64,000 nt of DNA from Bacteroidales bacterium (GCA_017616895.1 JAFZXE010000027.1:18438-82437), one strand, 5' to 3'. Counted from the stretch's first letter, positions 28,093 through 38,162 are shown. The notes: generated by a model from the letters alone, not told the origin. Made by a program: numbers and translations.

Positions 28093-28644
28093 GTGCGCAT
28101 CATCTCCGGTTCGCTTAAAGGAAGAAGACTCAATCCGCCGACCAATCTGCCGGTCAGGCCCACTACGGATATGGCAAAAGAGGGCTTGTTCAACATACTC
28201 AACAACTATGTTGACTATGAGGAGTGTGACGTGATGGACCTTTTCGCCGGTACGGGTTCGATAACCTTCGAGTTTGTATCGAGGGGCGCCAAGTCGGTTA
28301 CGTCGGTTGATATCAACGGACCCTGCACCGACTTCATCAAGTCGTCGGCAGCTCGTCTCAATGTTCAGAACCTCCACGTGGTGAGAGCCGATGTGTTCGA
28401 CCTGCTCAAACGAGCCTACAAGAAGTTTGACATCATCTTCGCCGACCCGCCATACGCACACGAGGGATTGGCGCAGCTACCCGATATCGTTTTCGAGAAA
28501 GACCTCCTAAGCGATGACGGCATCTTCATCTTGGAGCATCCCAAGGAGTATTCGTTTGAAGAACATCCCCATTTCTGGCAGCACCGCAACTACGGCAAGG
28601 TGAATTTCACCTTCTTCGCAAAGGAATTAGCAGCTAGCAGTTAG
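28093..28644 (+). CDS. rsmD: 16S rRNA (guanine966-N2)-methyltransferase
   Basis: MRIISGSLKGRRL, RPTTDMAKEGLFNIL, SAM motif DLFAGTGS, and the DPPY catalytic motif (FADPPYA). GTG start. The last 5 codons lie in a word array. Confidence 0.85.
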   Translation: MRIISGSLKGRRLNPPTNLPVRPTTDMAKEGLFNILNNYVDYEECDVMDLFAGTGSITFEFVSRGAKSVTSVDINGPCTDFIKSSAARLNVQNLHVVRADVFDLLKRAYKKFDIIFADPPYAHEGLAQLPDIVFEKDLLSDDGIFILEHPKEYSFEEHPHFWQHRNYGKVNFTFFAKELAASS

Positions 28645-28696
28645 TAGTCAGCAAATACATTTGTCTATTCACAATTCACTAATCACAATTCACAAT
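28627..28696. repeat. word array (TTAGCAG/TAGTCAGC family, then ATTCACAAT family)
   Basis: TTAGCAGCTAGCAGTTAGTAGTCAGC overlaps the rsmD stop at 28642-28644. CTATTCACAATTCACTAATCACAATTCACAAT follows at 28665-28696. Confidence 0.9.
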
Positions 28697-28704
28697 AAAA
28701 TATC

Positions 28705-29658
28705 ATGCAAGCAATAGTTAAAACCGATTTTCATTTTCCGAAACAGAAAAGCCTCTATGTGGGCAAAGTGCGCGACGTCTATAACATCGATGACAAATAC
28801 CTCGCTATGGTAGTTTCCGACCGTATCTCGGCCTTCGACGTAGTGCTGCCCAAGGGCATCCCATACAAAGGACAGGTGCTGAACCAGATTGCAGCCAAGT
28901 TCCTCGACGCCACAGCCGACATACTGCCCAACTGGAAAGTTGCAACACCCGACCCGATGGTCACCGTTGGTTTGAAGTGCGAAGGTTTCCGTGTGGAGAT
29001 GATTGTACGCGGTTACCTTGCAGGCAGCGCTTGGCGTGAATATAAGGCTGGTGCACGTACACTTTGTGGCGTACAACTGCCCGAAGGGATGGTCGAGAAC
29101 CAGAAATTCCCGACGCCGATACTGACACCCACCACCAAAGCCGACGAGGGACACGACGAGAATATCAGCCGCGAAGAGATTATCCGTACTGGTTTGGTCG
29201 ATAAGACCGACTATGAGCAGTTGGAGCGTTATGCACTCGCACTCTTCCAGCGTGGCACCGAGATTGCAGCAAAACAGGGATTGATATTGGTCGATACCAA
29301 GTATGAGTTCGGTAAACGAGACGGCAAGATTTATCTCATCGACGAGATCCATACTCCCGACAGCAGCCGCTATTTCTATGCCGACGGCTATGAAGAGCGT
29401 CTTGCCAAAGGAGAACATCAGCGTCAGCTCTCCAAAGAGTTTGTTCGTGAGTGGCTTATGGCTAACGGATTCCAGGGTAAGGAAGGACAGAAAGTGCCCG
29501 AGATGACCGACGAAATTGTAAATTCCATAACCGACAGATATATCGAGCTCTACGAGCACATAACCGGTGAGAAATTCCAGAAAGCCGACGCATGTGCCGA
29601 TGTCTGCGCCCGTATCGAGAAGAACGTCACCGATTGTCTGAACCGAATTGATAATTGA
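28705..29658 (+). CDS. purC: phosphoribosylaminoimidazole-succinocarboxamide synthase
   Basis: 317 aa with [15 protein letters not shown] and [11 protein letters not shown], typical of the long-form SAICAR synthetase. Confidence 0.95.
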   Translation: MQAIVKTDFHFPKQKSLYVGKVRDVYNIDDKYLAMVVSDRISAFDVVLPKGIPYKGQVLNQIAAKFLDATADILPNWKVATPDPMVTVGLKCEGFRVEMIVRGYLAGSAWREYKAGARTLCGVQLPEGMVENQKFPTPILTPTTKADEGHDENISREEIIRTGLVDKTDYEQLERYALALFQRGTEIAAKQGLILVDTKYEFGKRDGKIYLIDEIHTPDSSRYFYADGYEERLAKGEHQRQLSKEFVREWLMANGFQGKEGQKVPEMTDEIVNSITDRYIELYEHITGEKFQKADACADVCARIEKNVTDCLNRIDN

Positions 29659-29660
29659 AA

Positions 29661-29734
29661 GTTGTGATCTGTGACCTGTGACCGGAAACTGCCTACTGAC
29701 GCTAACTGCTGACGGCTAACCGCTAACCGCTAAC
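29661..29734. repeat. word array (GTGACC = reverse of GGTCACA; CTGAC/GCTAACCG family)
   Basis: GTTGTGATCTGTGACCTGTGACC ... CTGCCTACTGACGCTAACTGCTGACGGCTAACCGCTAACCGCTAAC, ending at the TTG start of the next gene. Confidence 0.9.
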
Positions 29735-29735
29735 A

Positions 29736-30212
29736 TTGGAAATAGAACGCAAATATCTCGTCCGTGAGCTTCCTGCCAATCTCGACAGCTATCCCCACGT
29801 CGAGATAGAGCAAGGCTACCTCTGCACATCGCCCACCCTGCGCATCCGCAAGGCGGGCGATGCCTATATACTGACCGTCAAAGAGAAGGTTCGAACCGAT
29901 AGCTCAGCCATCCACAACCGCGAGGAAGAGTTTTCTTTGTCGGCGGAAAAATACGAGCTTTTGAAAGACAAATGTGAAGGACGAATGGTCAGCAAGACAC
30001 GCTACCGTATCGACTTGCGTCGCAGCGAAGGCGACGGCCTTTACTCAAACCTGGTGGCAGAGTTGGACATCTTTCATGGACACAACGAAGGATTGCGCCT
30101 CGTGGAGGTGGAGTTTCCCGACACCTCTGCAGCCGACAGCTTTGTGAAACCAGAATGGTTCGGCGAAGATGTATCTGGAGACAAGCGCTATAGAAATAGC
30201 GCTTTGGTGTGA
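29736..30212 (+). CDS. CYTH domain protein (triphosphate tunnel metalloenzyme)
   Basis: Begins MEIERKYLV, the ExExK signature of CYTH, and is 158 aa. TTG start. Confidence 0.8.
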   Translation: MEIERKYLVRELPANLDSYPHVEIEQGYLCTSPTLRIRKAGDAYILTVKEKVRTDSSAIHNREEEFSLSAEKYELLKDKCEGRMVSKTRYRIDLRRSEGDGLYSNLVAELDIFHGHNEGLRLVEVEFPDTSAADSFVKPEWFGEDVSGDKRYRNSALV

Positions 30213-30328
30213 TACGTTGATATGATGATACGTTGATAGGTTGATAGGTTGATATGTTGATACGTTTAAAAGGTTTAAAGGGTTTAAAAGGTTTGAGGTT
30301 GTTGATAGGTTGATATGTTGATATGTTT
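30213..30328. repeat. composite word array (GTTGATA(T/G)G, AAGGTTTAA, GTTGATATG)
   Basis: TACGTTGATATGATGATACGTTGATAGGTTGATAGGTTGATATGTTGATACG, then TTTAAAAGGTTTAAAGGGTTTAAAAGGTTTGAGG, then TTGTTGATAGGTTGATATGTTGATATG. Confidence 0.95.
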
Positions 30329-30355
30329 TAATTTAGTTGGTGATTGATAAGAATT

Positions 30356-31774
30356 ATGAAACGCATACCACATACATTTACTATCGTTTTTGGTCTTATT
30401 GTGTTGGCGGCGGTGATGACTTGGTGTATTCCGGGTGGCGAGTTTGTGCGTGAGACCATCAATGTTGACGGAACGGCTCGAGAGGTTGTCAAGAACGATT
30501 CGTTTCATTATGTTGACCGCACGCCCCAAACCTGGCAGATATTTTCCGCTCTGTTCAACGGATTCTGCGACAAGGCCGACATCGTCATCTTCATACTGAT
30601 GGTGGGAGGCGCTTTCTGGATATTGAACAACAGCCACGCTATCGACGTCGGGGTGATGGCGTTCCTGCGGCAGATAAAGAAACTGAACAAATACAAGTGG
30701 TTGCAGCGTATCGGAGTTGAGAATATCATCATCGTGTTGGTGATGCTTATGTTTAGCGTCTTCGGGGCGGTGTTCGGCATGAGCGAGGAGACGATAGCTT
30801 TCGTGGTGGTGTTTATACCGCTTGCGATTTCTATGGGATATGACTCAATAGTAGGACTCTGCATGTGTTATGTAGCGGCTCATATTGGTTTTGCGGGCGC
30901 GATACTCAACCCATTCACAATCGGCATCGCGCAAGGTATTGCCGACCTGCCGCTATTCTCAGGTCTCGAATACCGTCTGTTCTGCTGGGGTGTGCTTACT
31001 GTTATCGGAATCGTGTTTGTGTTGTGGTATGCCCACAGAGTTAAAGTCAAACCCGAACGAAGCCCTGTGTATAAGCTCGACGAATATTGGCGTCAGCGAC
31101 AGCAAAACACTGAAAACGCCAAGCTTACCATACGGCAGACGCTCATACTCATACTGCTTTTTGTCACTATCGTTGCCCTCATTGTCGGAGTGCTCGCCTT
31201 TGGCTGGTATATCGCCGAGATAGCCGCGTTGTTCCTTGCGATGGGAATCATCGCGGGAATACTTGACCGTCAGAATGCCGACAGCATAGCCAAACTTTTC
31301 CTAGAAGGCTGCAAAGACATACTTTCAGCCGCCTTGGTGGTGGGGTTGGCGTCGGGAATCATCTTCATACTGAGAGATGGAAAAGTCATCGACACCATAC
31401 TCTATGGCCTCACGCGGTCGTTGGCTCAGATGGGCGATGTGGCGTCGGTAGGGGCCATGTATGCCTTTCAGACGCTGTTGAATGTAGTGATGCCCAGCGG
31501 CTCGGCGAAGGCGGCGCTCACGATGCCAATTATGGCGCAGTTTGCCGACTTGATAGAAGTATCAAGACAAACGACGGTATTGGCGTTTCAGTTCGGCGAC
31601 GGCTTCACCAATATGCTGACGCCCACCAGCGGAGTGCTTATCGGATGTTTAGGAGTGGCCAAGATACCCTACGGAGTATGGCTCAAATGGGTGTGGAAAT
31701 TCATCCTATTCTTGATATTCGTAGGCTTCTTGCTGCTGTTGCCGACATTGTTTATGAATTTGCCTGGATTCTGA
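30356..31774 (+). CDS. YfcC-family membrane transporter (DcuC/ArcD-like anaerobic carrier superfamily)
   Basis: About 472 aa polytopic membrane protein. The N-terminus MKRIPHTFTIVFGLIVL and overall pattern are typical of YfcC-family proteins. I chose the ATG at 30356. Confidence 0.75.
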   Translation: MKRIPHTFTIVFGLIVLAAVMTWCIPGGEFVRETINVDGTAREVVKNDSFHYVDRTPQTWQIFSALFNGFCDKADIVIFILMVGGAFWILNNSHAIDVGVMAFLRQIKKLNKYKWLQRIGVENIIIVLVMLMFSVFGAVFGMSEETIAFVVVFIPLAISMGYDSIVGLCMCYVAAHIGFAGAILNPFTIGIAQGIADLPLFSGLEYRLFCWGVLTVIGIVFVLWYAHRVKVKPERSPVYKLDEYWRQRQQNTENAKLTIRQTLILILLFVTIVALIVGVLAFGWYIAEIAALFLAMGIIAGILDRQNADSIAKLFLEGCKDILSAALVVGLASGIIFILRDGKVIDTILYGLTRSLAQMGDVASVGAMYAFQTLLNVVMPSGSAKAALTMPIMAQFADLIEVSRQTTVLAFQFGDGFTNMLTPTSGVLIGCLGVAKIPYGVWLKWVWKFILFLIFVGFLLLLPTLFMNLPGF

Positions 31775-31780
31775 GAATAA

Positions 31781-32287
31781 TCATTGGGCTTCGGCGTAAT
31801 GAGCTTCGGTTATGGTGAAGGTCATTTTGCCGTAGTAGGGGTGGTTTCTGAAGTAGAGGCCTTTCTCTTTTAGTTTCTCGGAGTAGCTGTAGTTGTCTGA
31901 CGCGAAGTTGTAGGGACTTATGCCTGTGGTGTCGTCGCTGTGGTAGGTGACTTGCCGGCCATCGTTGAAACGCAGGATGACACTGTCGTTGTAGTAGTTC
32001 TGGAAGTAGTGGATTGCATTATCCCGGCTTGCGGAACCGATACCGCCGTCGTTGCTGACGGTGACTGAATCGCCGATGGCGATGGTAAAGAACTCGGATT
32101 CGTGGACGAAGGTGCTGTCGAGCTCCTGGTTGTAATAATAGGACGGGCTTGGAATGACGGTGACGCTGTGCTGTGACTGGTTATGGATAACCATGTCCTC
32201 ATCGAAGCCAGGGTCGCAGGACGAAAGCAGAAATATGGCTGCGATTGCGGACAGAAGTTTGATGGCGGATGCGAAATATGTTTGCAT
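31781..32287 (-). CDS. hypothetical lipoprotein
   Basis: Signal peptide with lipobox (IFLLSSCD). No recognisable domain. Confidence 0.55.
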   Translation of the reverse strand: MQTYFASAIKLLSAIAAIFLLSSCDPGFDEDMVIHNQSQHSVTVIPSPSYYYNQELDSTFVHESEFFTIAIGDSVTVSNDGGIGSASRDNAIHYFQNYYNDSVILRFNDGRQVTYHSDDTTGISPYNFASDNYSYSEKLKEKGLYFRNHPYYGKMTFTITEAHYAEAQ

Positions 32288-32306
32288 AACGTGGTGAATT
32301 TTTCTG

Positions 32307-32314
32307 CAAATATA
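32307..32314 (-). promoter_or_regulatory. Bacteroidota -7 box (TATATTTG on minus strand)
   Basis: The plus strand reads CAAATATA, 20 nt upstream of the minus-strand ATG at 32287. Confidence 0.45.
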
Positions 32315-32440
32315 CGCAATCCGTTTAAATCTTATGTTTTTGTTCCAGTCGTAGGACCCCCAAGTGACAACCTAACCACATTAAGCCACTTCATGGCTAA
32401 GTCAATGTCATATCATCCTACAACCAAAGTTCACTCTGCC

Positions 32441-32500
32441 TTAAGTCGGAGTTAAGTCGAAGTTGTGTCAAAGTTAAGTCGAAGTTAAGTCGAAGTTGAC
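32441..32500. repeat. tandem 12-nt word array GTTAAGTCGAAG (about 4.5 units)
   Basis: TTAAGTCGGAGTTAAGTCGAAGTTGTGTCAAAGTTAAGTCGAAGTTAAGTCGAAGTTGAC. Confidence 0.9.
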
Positions 32501-32515
32501 TGCTCTTTAATCTAG

Positions 32516-32559
32516 AATTACCCTATAATTACCCTAGAGTTACCCTAGAATTACCCTAG
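32516..32559. repeat. tandem 11-12-nt word array ATTACCCTAG (4 units)
   Basis: AATTACCCTATAATTACCCTAGAGTTACCCTAGAATTACCCTAG. Confidence 0.9.
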
Positions 32560-32751
32560 CATTATGAGAAATTGGTAAGCGGCTGTATCGCAAGTGCTTA
32601 TTATATCTTCGATATAATAGTCGGTGGTTTCAAAGCGAGGAGGCAAAACAACAAAAGCAGTTCGGTCGAGCTGGATTTGTAATCACGACATGCACTACAA
32701 TAAGTTGTGTGATGTTGCGTTTTTAAGGTAAAACGGTTTGATCGCAACGAA

Positions 32752-33912
32752 ATGAAATATACCTGCAAATATAGCAAGCGGATAGTGGCGCTTTTGGTTT
32801 TATTGTCTTCTGTGCCGACGGTTATGGGACAGTCGGCGGAATATGTCAAGCGGGTGGTTTGTGAGTTGTCGGATGAGGGGATGTATGGGCGGAGCTGTGC
32901 TCATAAGGGGGACAGCTTGGCGGCGGAGTATATTGCCGGGCAGTTGAGAGAAATGGGGGTGAAGCCTTTGGCGGAGGGGTATATGCAGAAGTATTTGACG
33001 GATTTGTATTCGGTTGACGGTGAGTGTTCGCTGAGTATCAACGGACGTCAGCTGAAACCGTATGATGAGTTTAGGATTGTGCCTATAAGAACATGGACGG
33101 GCTCTCTATGGAGCAACTCATCATGGCAACAGAAATCAGATGGCATTGTTTATATGGCTGTAAAGCAGCTTTCGATGCAGGTGCCAATCAAACCATCGGC
33201 TGACGACCTGCTGCAATGGTATGTGCAAGTACTTGATTCCTCGGAACTCTTTCAACCGCGCAAAATAGAAGGTGTTATGCATGTCAACTTACATCGCGAC
33301 TATGTGACGCAGAATGTGTGCGGATATATCGAGGGGGAGAGCGACTCGACGGTGGTGTTTACGGCGCATTATGACCATTTGGGAATGATGGGCGACAAGG
33401 TGTGCTTTCACGGGGCGCACGACAACGCCAGCGGGGTGGCTTCGGTGCTGGGCATCGCAAAGCATTACAGCACGATGGGGAAGAAACCGCACTATACAAC
33501 GGTGTTTATGCTGTTTAGCGGCGAGGAGGCAGGATTGCAGGGTTCGAAATATGCGGTGGAGCATCCGCTGGTGGATTTGAAGAAGACGAAGCTGGTGGTG
33601 AATCTCGACCTGCTGTGCGGCGGAGCGGAGGGCATCATGATTGTGAACGGGAAAGGGGAGGAGACGCAGCCGTTTGTGAAAAGGATGCAGGCGTTTAACG
33701 AGAAGGAGCAGCTGCTGCCGGAGATAAAGCTGAGAGACAACGCGGCGAACAGCGACCATTGGTGGTTTTCGCAACATTGTCCGGCGATATTCATCTACAC
33801 GCTGGGAGGAAGATACGGCGACTACCACAGCCCTTACGACACTTGCGACAAATGTGGCATCGAGGATTCGTATGAGAAAGTGGTGAGGGTAATTTTGAAT
33901 TTTGAATTTTGA
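32752..33912 (+). CDS. M28-family aminopeptidase
   Basis: Signal peptide plus zinc-ligand motifs FTAHYDHLG, HGAHDNASGVA and FSGEEAGLQGS. The last codons (ILNFEF) are encoded by ATTTTGA words. Confidence 0.8.
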   Translation: MKYTCKYSKRIVALLVLLSSVPTVMGQSAEYVKRVVCELSDEGMYGRSCAHKGDSLAAEYIAGQLREMGVKPLAEGYMQKYLTDLYSVDGECSLSINGRQLKPYDEFRIVPIRTWTGSLWSNSSWQQKSDGIVYMAVKQLSMQVPIKPSADDLLQWYVQVLDSSELFQPRKIEGVMHVNLHRDYVTQNVCGYIEGESDSTVVFTAHYDHLGMMGDKVCFHGAHDNASGVASVLGIAKHYSTMGKKPHYTTVFMLFSGEEAGLQGSKYAVEHPLVDLKKTKLVVNLDLLCGGAEGIMIVNGKGEETQPFVKRMQAFNEKEQLLPEIKLRDNAANSDHWWFSQHCPAIFIYTLGGRYGDYHSPYDTCDKCGIEDSYEKVVRVILNFEF

Positions 33913-34003
33913 AGACTTGAAAACAGCTGGGAGGATATTGGGAGTTTATTGGGAGTTAATACGGAGTTAGTGCGGAGTTAGTGCGGAGTTAGTAGGGAGT
34001 TGG
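33892..34003. repeat. word arrays (ATTTTGA x3 across the stop codon; GGGAGTT/CGGAGTTAGTG family)
   Basis: ATTTTGAATTTTGAATTTTGAAG, then GGGAGGATATTGGGAGTTTATTGGGAGTTAATACGGAGTTAGTGCGGAGTTAGTGCGGAGTTAGTAGGGAGTTGG. The exact 21-mer GGGAGGATATTGGGAGTTTAT (33929-33949) recurs at 45089-45109. Confidence 0.9.
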
Positions 34004-34094
34004 ATGTTTTGAGGTGATTGTACAGTATTTCAGCACATTAACATTTTGTTGATAAAAACCAAACGAGGGGTGCTCTCGTTTCGGGAATTATTAG

Positions 34095-34102
34095 TATATT
34101 TG
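34095..34102 (+). promoter_or_regulatory. Bacteroidota -7 box (TATATTTG)
   Basis: Lies 66 nt upstream of the gyrA ATG. Confidence 0.55.
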
Positions 34103-34167
34103 TACTTTATTTATAAAAAGAGCGATTTGCTATCCTATTAGAAAACAGGAAATAACGAATAATAACG

Positions 34168-36762
34168 ATGGAATTCGAAAACGAAAAAATCACGAGGGTT
34201 GACATTGAGACCACGATGAAGACAGCGTATATCGACTACGCTATGTCGGTGATTGTCGCCCGTGCACTTCCGGATGTGCGCGACGGTTTGAAGCCCGTGC
34301 AGCGCCGCATCCTCTACTCGATGAACGAGAACGGAATTTTCTACAACACTCCGACCAAGAAATGCGCCCGTATCGTGGGTGACACCATGGGTAAATACCA
34401 CCCGCACGGTGACTCATCCATTTATGGCGCTCTTGTGCGTATGGCACAGCCTTGGGCGATGCGCTACACTTTGATTGTCGGTCAAGGTAACTTCGGTTCG
34501 ATTGACGGTCACGGTGCTGCGGCTATGCGTTACACCGAGGCGAAGCTGGAGCAGATATCCAACGAGATGCTTGCCGACATCGACGAGGACACCGTCGATA
34601 TGGTGCCGACCTACGACAACGAGGCGGTCGAGCCGACAGTGCTTCCCGCCAAGATACCGAACCTGCTGGTCAACGGCTCGAACGGTATCGCTGTGGGTAT
34701 GGCCACAAATATGCCGACGCACAACCTCACCGAGGTGATGAACGGATGTATCGCATTTGTCGATAATCCCGAAATCACGGTCGAGGGGTTGATGGAACAC
34801 ATCAAGGCGCCCGACTTCCCGGGTGGCGGCACGATTTACGGCTACAAGGGTGTGCAGGAGGCTTATAACACGGGTCGCGGCAGCATCATACTGCGTGCCG
34901 ACACCGAGATTGAGGAAGACTCGAAAGGACGCAACGTTATCGTTGCCAGCACTATACCTTACGGCGTGAACAAGGCCGAGATGATCAAGCGTCAGGCACA
35001 GCTGGTGAAGGACGGCAAGATTGTCGGCATCTCGGACATCCGCGACGAGAGCAGCAAGGACGGCATACGCGTGGTGTATGTGCTGAAGAACGATGTTGTG
35101 CCTAACGTGGTGCTTAACAAGCTGTTCCAGCTCTCGGAGTTGCAGAGCTCGTTTGCGGTGAACAACATCGCTCTGGTGAAAGGCCGCCCGATGCTGTTGA
35201 ACCTGAAAGACTTGATCAAGAACTTCGTGGATCACCGCGAGAACGTGGTGACGAGGAGAACCCGCTTCGAGATGGCCGAAGCCGAGAAAAGAGCCCACAT
35301 ACTGTCGGGTCTTCTCCGCGCTATAGACATCATCGACGAGATTGTGGCTCTGATAAAAGCTTCGAAGACGCCGGCTGAGGCGCGTCAGGGATTGATGGAT
35401 AAATACCAGTTCAGCGAGGCGCAAGCCAACGCCATCGTCGATATGCGTCTGGCACAGCTGACAGGTTTGAACCATCAGAAACTGCAGGAAGAATATGACG
35501 AGAAACTGCGCTTCATCGAGCGTTGCAAGGAAATACTTGGCGACCACAACGTGTTGATGCAGGTCATCAAAGAGGAATTCATCGCCATACGCGACAAATA
35601 CGGCGACGAGCGCCGCACGGCCATCCGTCACGACGCCATCAATTTCCGCATCGAGGACACCATACCCGACGAGCAGGTGGTTATCACCATCTCGCACAAG
35701 GGATATGTGAAACGCACCCTGCTGAGCGAATACCGCACACAGAGTCGCGGCGGCGTGGGTTCGAAGGGCAGCGCTGTGCGCAGCGAGGACTTCGTGGAGC
35801 ATATTTTCACCTGCACCAACCACAACTACCTGCTGTTCTTCACCGAGAAAGGCCGCTGCTACTGGATGCGAGCTTTCGAGGTGCCTGAGGGCGAGAAGAA
35901 CACCAAGGGCCGTCCGATACTGAACTGCATAAACATCGAGCCGGACGACAAAATCAAGGCATACGTCAACGTGGAGAGCTTGAGCGATACCGAGTATGTG
36001 GGCAACCACTACATCGTGATGTGTACCAAGAACGGCATCGTGAAGAAGACCTCGCTGGAGGCCTACTCGCGTCCGCGCACCAACGGTATCATCGCTGTGG
36101 GCATCCGCGAGGGCGACGAACTTGTCACCGCCCGTCTGACCGACGGCGAGAGCTATATCCTCATCGCTTCGAAGAAGGGCAAGGTGATGATTTGTCCCGA
36201 AAACGAGTTCCGTGTGATGGGACGTGGCGCCAGCGGTGTGAAGGGTATGAACCTTGACGGCGAGGACGACGGCGTGATTGACATGCTCTGTCTGCCGAGC
36301 GAGAACGAAGACCTGCTCGTGGTAAGCGATCACGGTTATGGAAAACGTTCGGCATTGGCCGACTACCGCGCTACGGTACACCGCGGCGGAAAGGGCGTGA
36401 AGGCCATGCAGGTTACCGAGAAGACCGGTCCGTTGGCTGCTATAGTCAACGTCACCGACGAGCACGACCTGATGATTATCAACCGAAGCGGTATCACCAT
36501 CCGCATGAAGGTGGCCGACCTGAGAGTTCTAGGACGTAACACCCAGGGTGTGAAGCTTATCGACCTCAAGGGTAAAGACTTCATCGCTTCGATAACCAAG
36601 GTGCCGTCAACTCCCGACGATGAGGAAACCCCTGAGACGACGGAGGCAACCGACGGCACGGAGGCAACCCCGATGACGGAAACGACGGAAAATCAGGAAA
36701 CCCCCGAAGCTCCCGCCGAGCCGGAAAGCAATAATCAGCAACCTGAAGATACTAAAGAATAA
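34168..36762 (+). CDS. gyrA: DNA gyrase subunit A
   Basis: 864 aa with AMSVIVARALPDVRDGLKPVQRRILY and the active-site region AAMRYTE, plus a C-terminal beta-pinwheel. It ends in an acidic T/E/P-rich tail of about 45 aa. Confidence 0.97.
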   Translation: MEFENEKITRVDIETTMKTAYIDYAMSVIVARALPDVRDGLKPVQRRILYSMNENGIFYNTPTKKCARIVGDTMGKYHPHGDSSIYGALVRMAQPWAMRYTLIVGQGNFGSIDGHGAAAMRYTEAKLEQISNEMLADIDEDTVDMVPTYDNEAVEPTVLPAKIPNLLVNGSNGIAVGMATNMPTHNLTEVMNGCIAFVDNPEITVEGLMEHIKAPDFPGGGTIYGYKGVQEAYNTGRGSIILRADTEIEEDSKGRNVIVASTIPYGVNKAEMIKRQAQLVKDGKIVGISDIRDESSKDGIRVVYVLKNDVVPNVVLNKLFQLSELQSSFAVNNIALVKGRPMLLNLKDLIKNFVDHRENVVTRRTRFEMAEAEKRAHILSGLLRAIDIIDEIVALIKASKTPAEARQGLMDKYQFSEAQANAIVDMRLAQLTGLNHQKLQEEYDEKLRFIERCKEILGDHNVLMQVIKEEFIAIRDKYGDERRTAIRHDAINFRIEDTIPDEQVVITISHKGYVKRTLLSEYRTQSRGGVGSKGSAVRSEDFVEHIFTCTNHNYLLFFTEKGRCYWMRAFEVPEGEKNTKGRPILNCINIEPDDKIKAYVNVESLSDTEYVGNHYIVMCTKNGIVKKTSLEAYSRPRTNGIIAVGIREGDELVTARLTDGESYILIASKKGKVMICPENEFRVMGRGASGVKGMNLDGEDDGVIDMLCLPSENEDLLVVSDHGYGKRSALADYRATVHRGGKGVKAMQVTEKTGPLAAIVNVTDEHDLMIINRSGITIRMKVADLRVLGRNTQGVKLIDLKGKDFIASITKVPSTPDDEETPETTEATDGTEATPMTETTENQETPEAPAEPESNNQQPEDTKE

Positions 36763-36798
36763 ACAAAACAAATCTGTAACCCCATAAATCCGAAAAAT

Positions 36799-38010
36799 AT
36801 GAAAAAGTCAATCTTAACATTAGCGCTTGTGGTACTCGGCTTTGCCGCTGCCGCACAGACCCTTGAGGTGCAGAGCGCCGCGCAGGATATGCGTAAAGGC
36901 TACCTGACCAAAGCAAAAGCTTCTATCGACAAGGCCTGCGCCAACGACCAAACCAAGGACGATCCCAAGGCTTGGTATTATAAAGGTCTTATCTACTGCC
37001 AGATTGGACAGGAAACCAAGAACCCCAAATCGAAGTACAAAGACTTGGCACCCGACTGGTGCGAGCAGGCTTACGAGGCCGCTCTGAAATGCAAGGAACT
37101 TGACAAGGACAACGAGTACTCGGAGACCAACAACACCGTGTTCTCGTATGTCGGCGGCGAGCTCTGCAACCGCGCAACCGACGCCTTCAACAAGGACCAC
37201 GACTTCGAAGGATGCCTGAAGATGTGTGAGGACGCCATCAAGGCTTACGGCTTCACGGGTGACAAGAAATCGGCCGACTTCGCCTACTATCTTGCAGGTC
37301 TTGCATCTTCGCAGCTGAAGAAGAACGACCTGGTGAAGAAATACTTCAACGTGCTGATGCGCCGTAAGACCGACAAGGCCAACGTCTATCAGACACTTTT
37401 CACCATGTATCGCACGGAAGACAACAACGCCGAAGCGCTGAAGGTGGCTAACAACTTCTACAAGAACCATCCTGAGGACTACAATGCAGCCCTTATGATG
37501 TCGGAGGCTTACCTGATGAGCGGCGACAAGGAAAAGAGCAACGAGATGATTAACGCTGCCCTCAATCAGACGAAGGATAATCCCGGTGTATATGCCAAAC
37601 TGCTCTGCGCTGCAGCCGAGATGCTTTCGGGCAATCAGGATTTCGCAGGCGCAGAAGCCAAATATAACGAGTCGCTGTCGATCAACGCCAACCAGTTCGA
37701 GGCCAACTTCGGTATGGGCAGTATGCTTTACAACCGCGCTGTCGATAAAATCAACACCGAGGTGCCCTTCGATGACGAGACAGGTCTTGCCGCCAAGCTG
37801 GAGGAAGAGGCCAAAACTCTCTTCGGACAAGCCGAGAGCTACATGAAAGCCGCCGTCGCCTACATCGACGCTCTGCCCGCTGACCAGCAGGAGATGCAGA
37901 AAGCCAACCTGGTACACTGCCTCAACGCTCTGAAGACCATCTACGCCCGTCTGAACAACATGGAAGAGCTGAAACCCGTCAACGCCCGTCTGCAGTCATT
38001 GATGCAATAA
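36799..38010 (+). CDS. TPR-repeat secreted protein
   Basis: Signal peptide, then helical-repeat (TPR-like) sequence throughout (403 aa). Confidence 0.65.
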   Translation: MKKSILTLALVVLGFAAAAQTLEVQSAAQDMRKGYLTKAKASIDKACANDQTKDDPKAWYYKGLIYCQIGQETKNPKSKYKDLAPDWCEQAYEAALKCKELDKDNEYSETNNTVFSYVGGELCNRATDAFNKDHDFEGCLKMCEDAIKAYGFTGDKKSADFAYYLAGLASSQLKKNDLVKKYFNVLMRRKTDKANVYQTLFTMYRTEDNNAEALKVANNFYKNHPEDYNAALMMSEAYLMSGDKEKSNEMINAALNQTKDNPGVYAKLLCAAAEMLSGNQDFAGAEAKYNESLSINANQFEANFGMGSMLYNRAVDKINTEVPFDDETGLAAKLEEEAKTLFGQAESYMKAAVAYIDALPADQQEMQKANLVHCLNALKTIYARLNNMEELKPVNARLQSLMQ

Positions 38011-38050
38011 TAGTTCTTTTCATAACATAATATAAGAATCCCAAAACCAA

Positions 38051-38078
38051 AGAGACTCCCCGGCGGGAGCCTCTTTTC
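38051..38078 (+). terminator. rho-independent terminator (imperfect stem)
   Basis: AGAGACTCCC / GGGAGCCTCT (one mismatch) with loop CGGC, followed by TTTT. Confidence 0.6.
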
Positions 38079-38133
38079 GTTTACAAACCACTGACCACTG
38101 ACTTTATGCTGTTGCGTGATGGGATTTCTCGTT

Positions 38134-38162
38134 GTGCCGGATTTGTAATCCGGCACTTTTTT
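38134..38162 (+). terminator. strong hairpin plus T-run (second, tandem terminator-like element)
   Basis: 9-bp stem GTGCCGGAT / ATCCGGCAC with loop TTGTA, followed by TTTTTT. It contains the GGATTTGTAATCC palindrome. Confidence 0.7.

Noticed and set aside
32288-32751. 464-bp spacer examined for a tRNA, riboswitch or other structured RNA.
   Set aside because: I could not find a cloverleaf or conserved riboswitch core by eye. The content is explained by two word arrays plus an AT-rich hairpin (ATTATATC/GATATAAT). A covariance-model scan would be needed to exclude small RNAs.
36600-36762. The acidic T/E/P-rich C-terminal tail of GyrA, with the ACGGAGGCAACC duplication (36639-36650 and 36658-36669).
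   Set aside because: Acidic tails on GyrA are well known. The short DNA duplication is ordinary low-complexity expansion and does not use the intergenic vocabulary.
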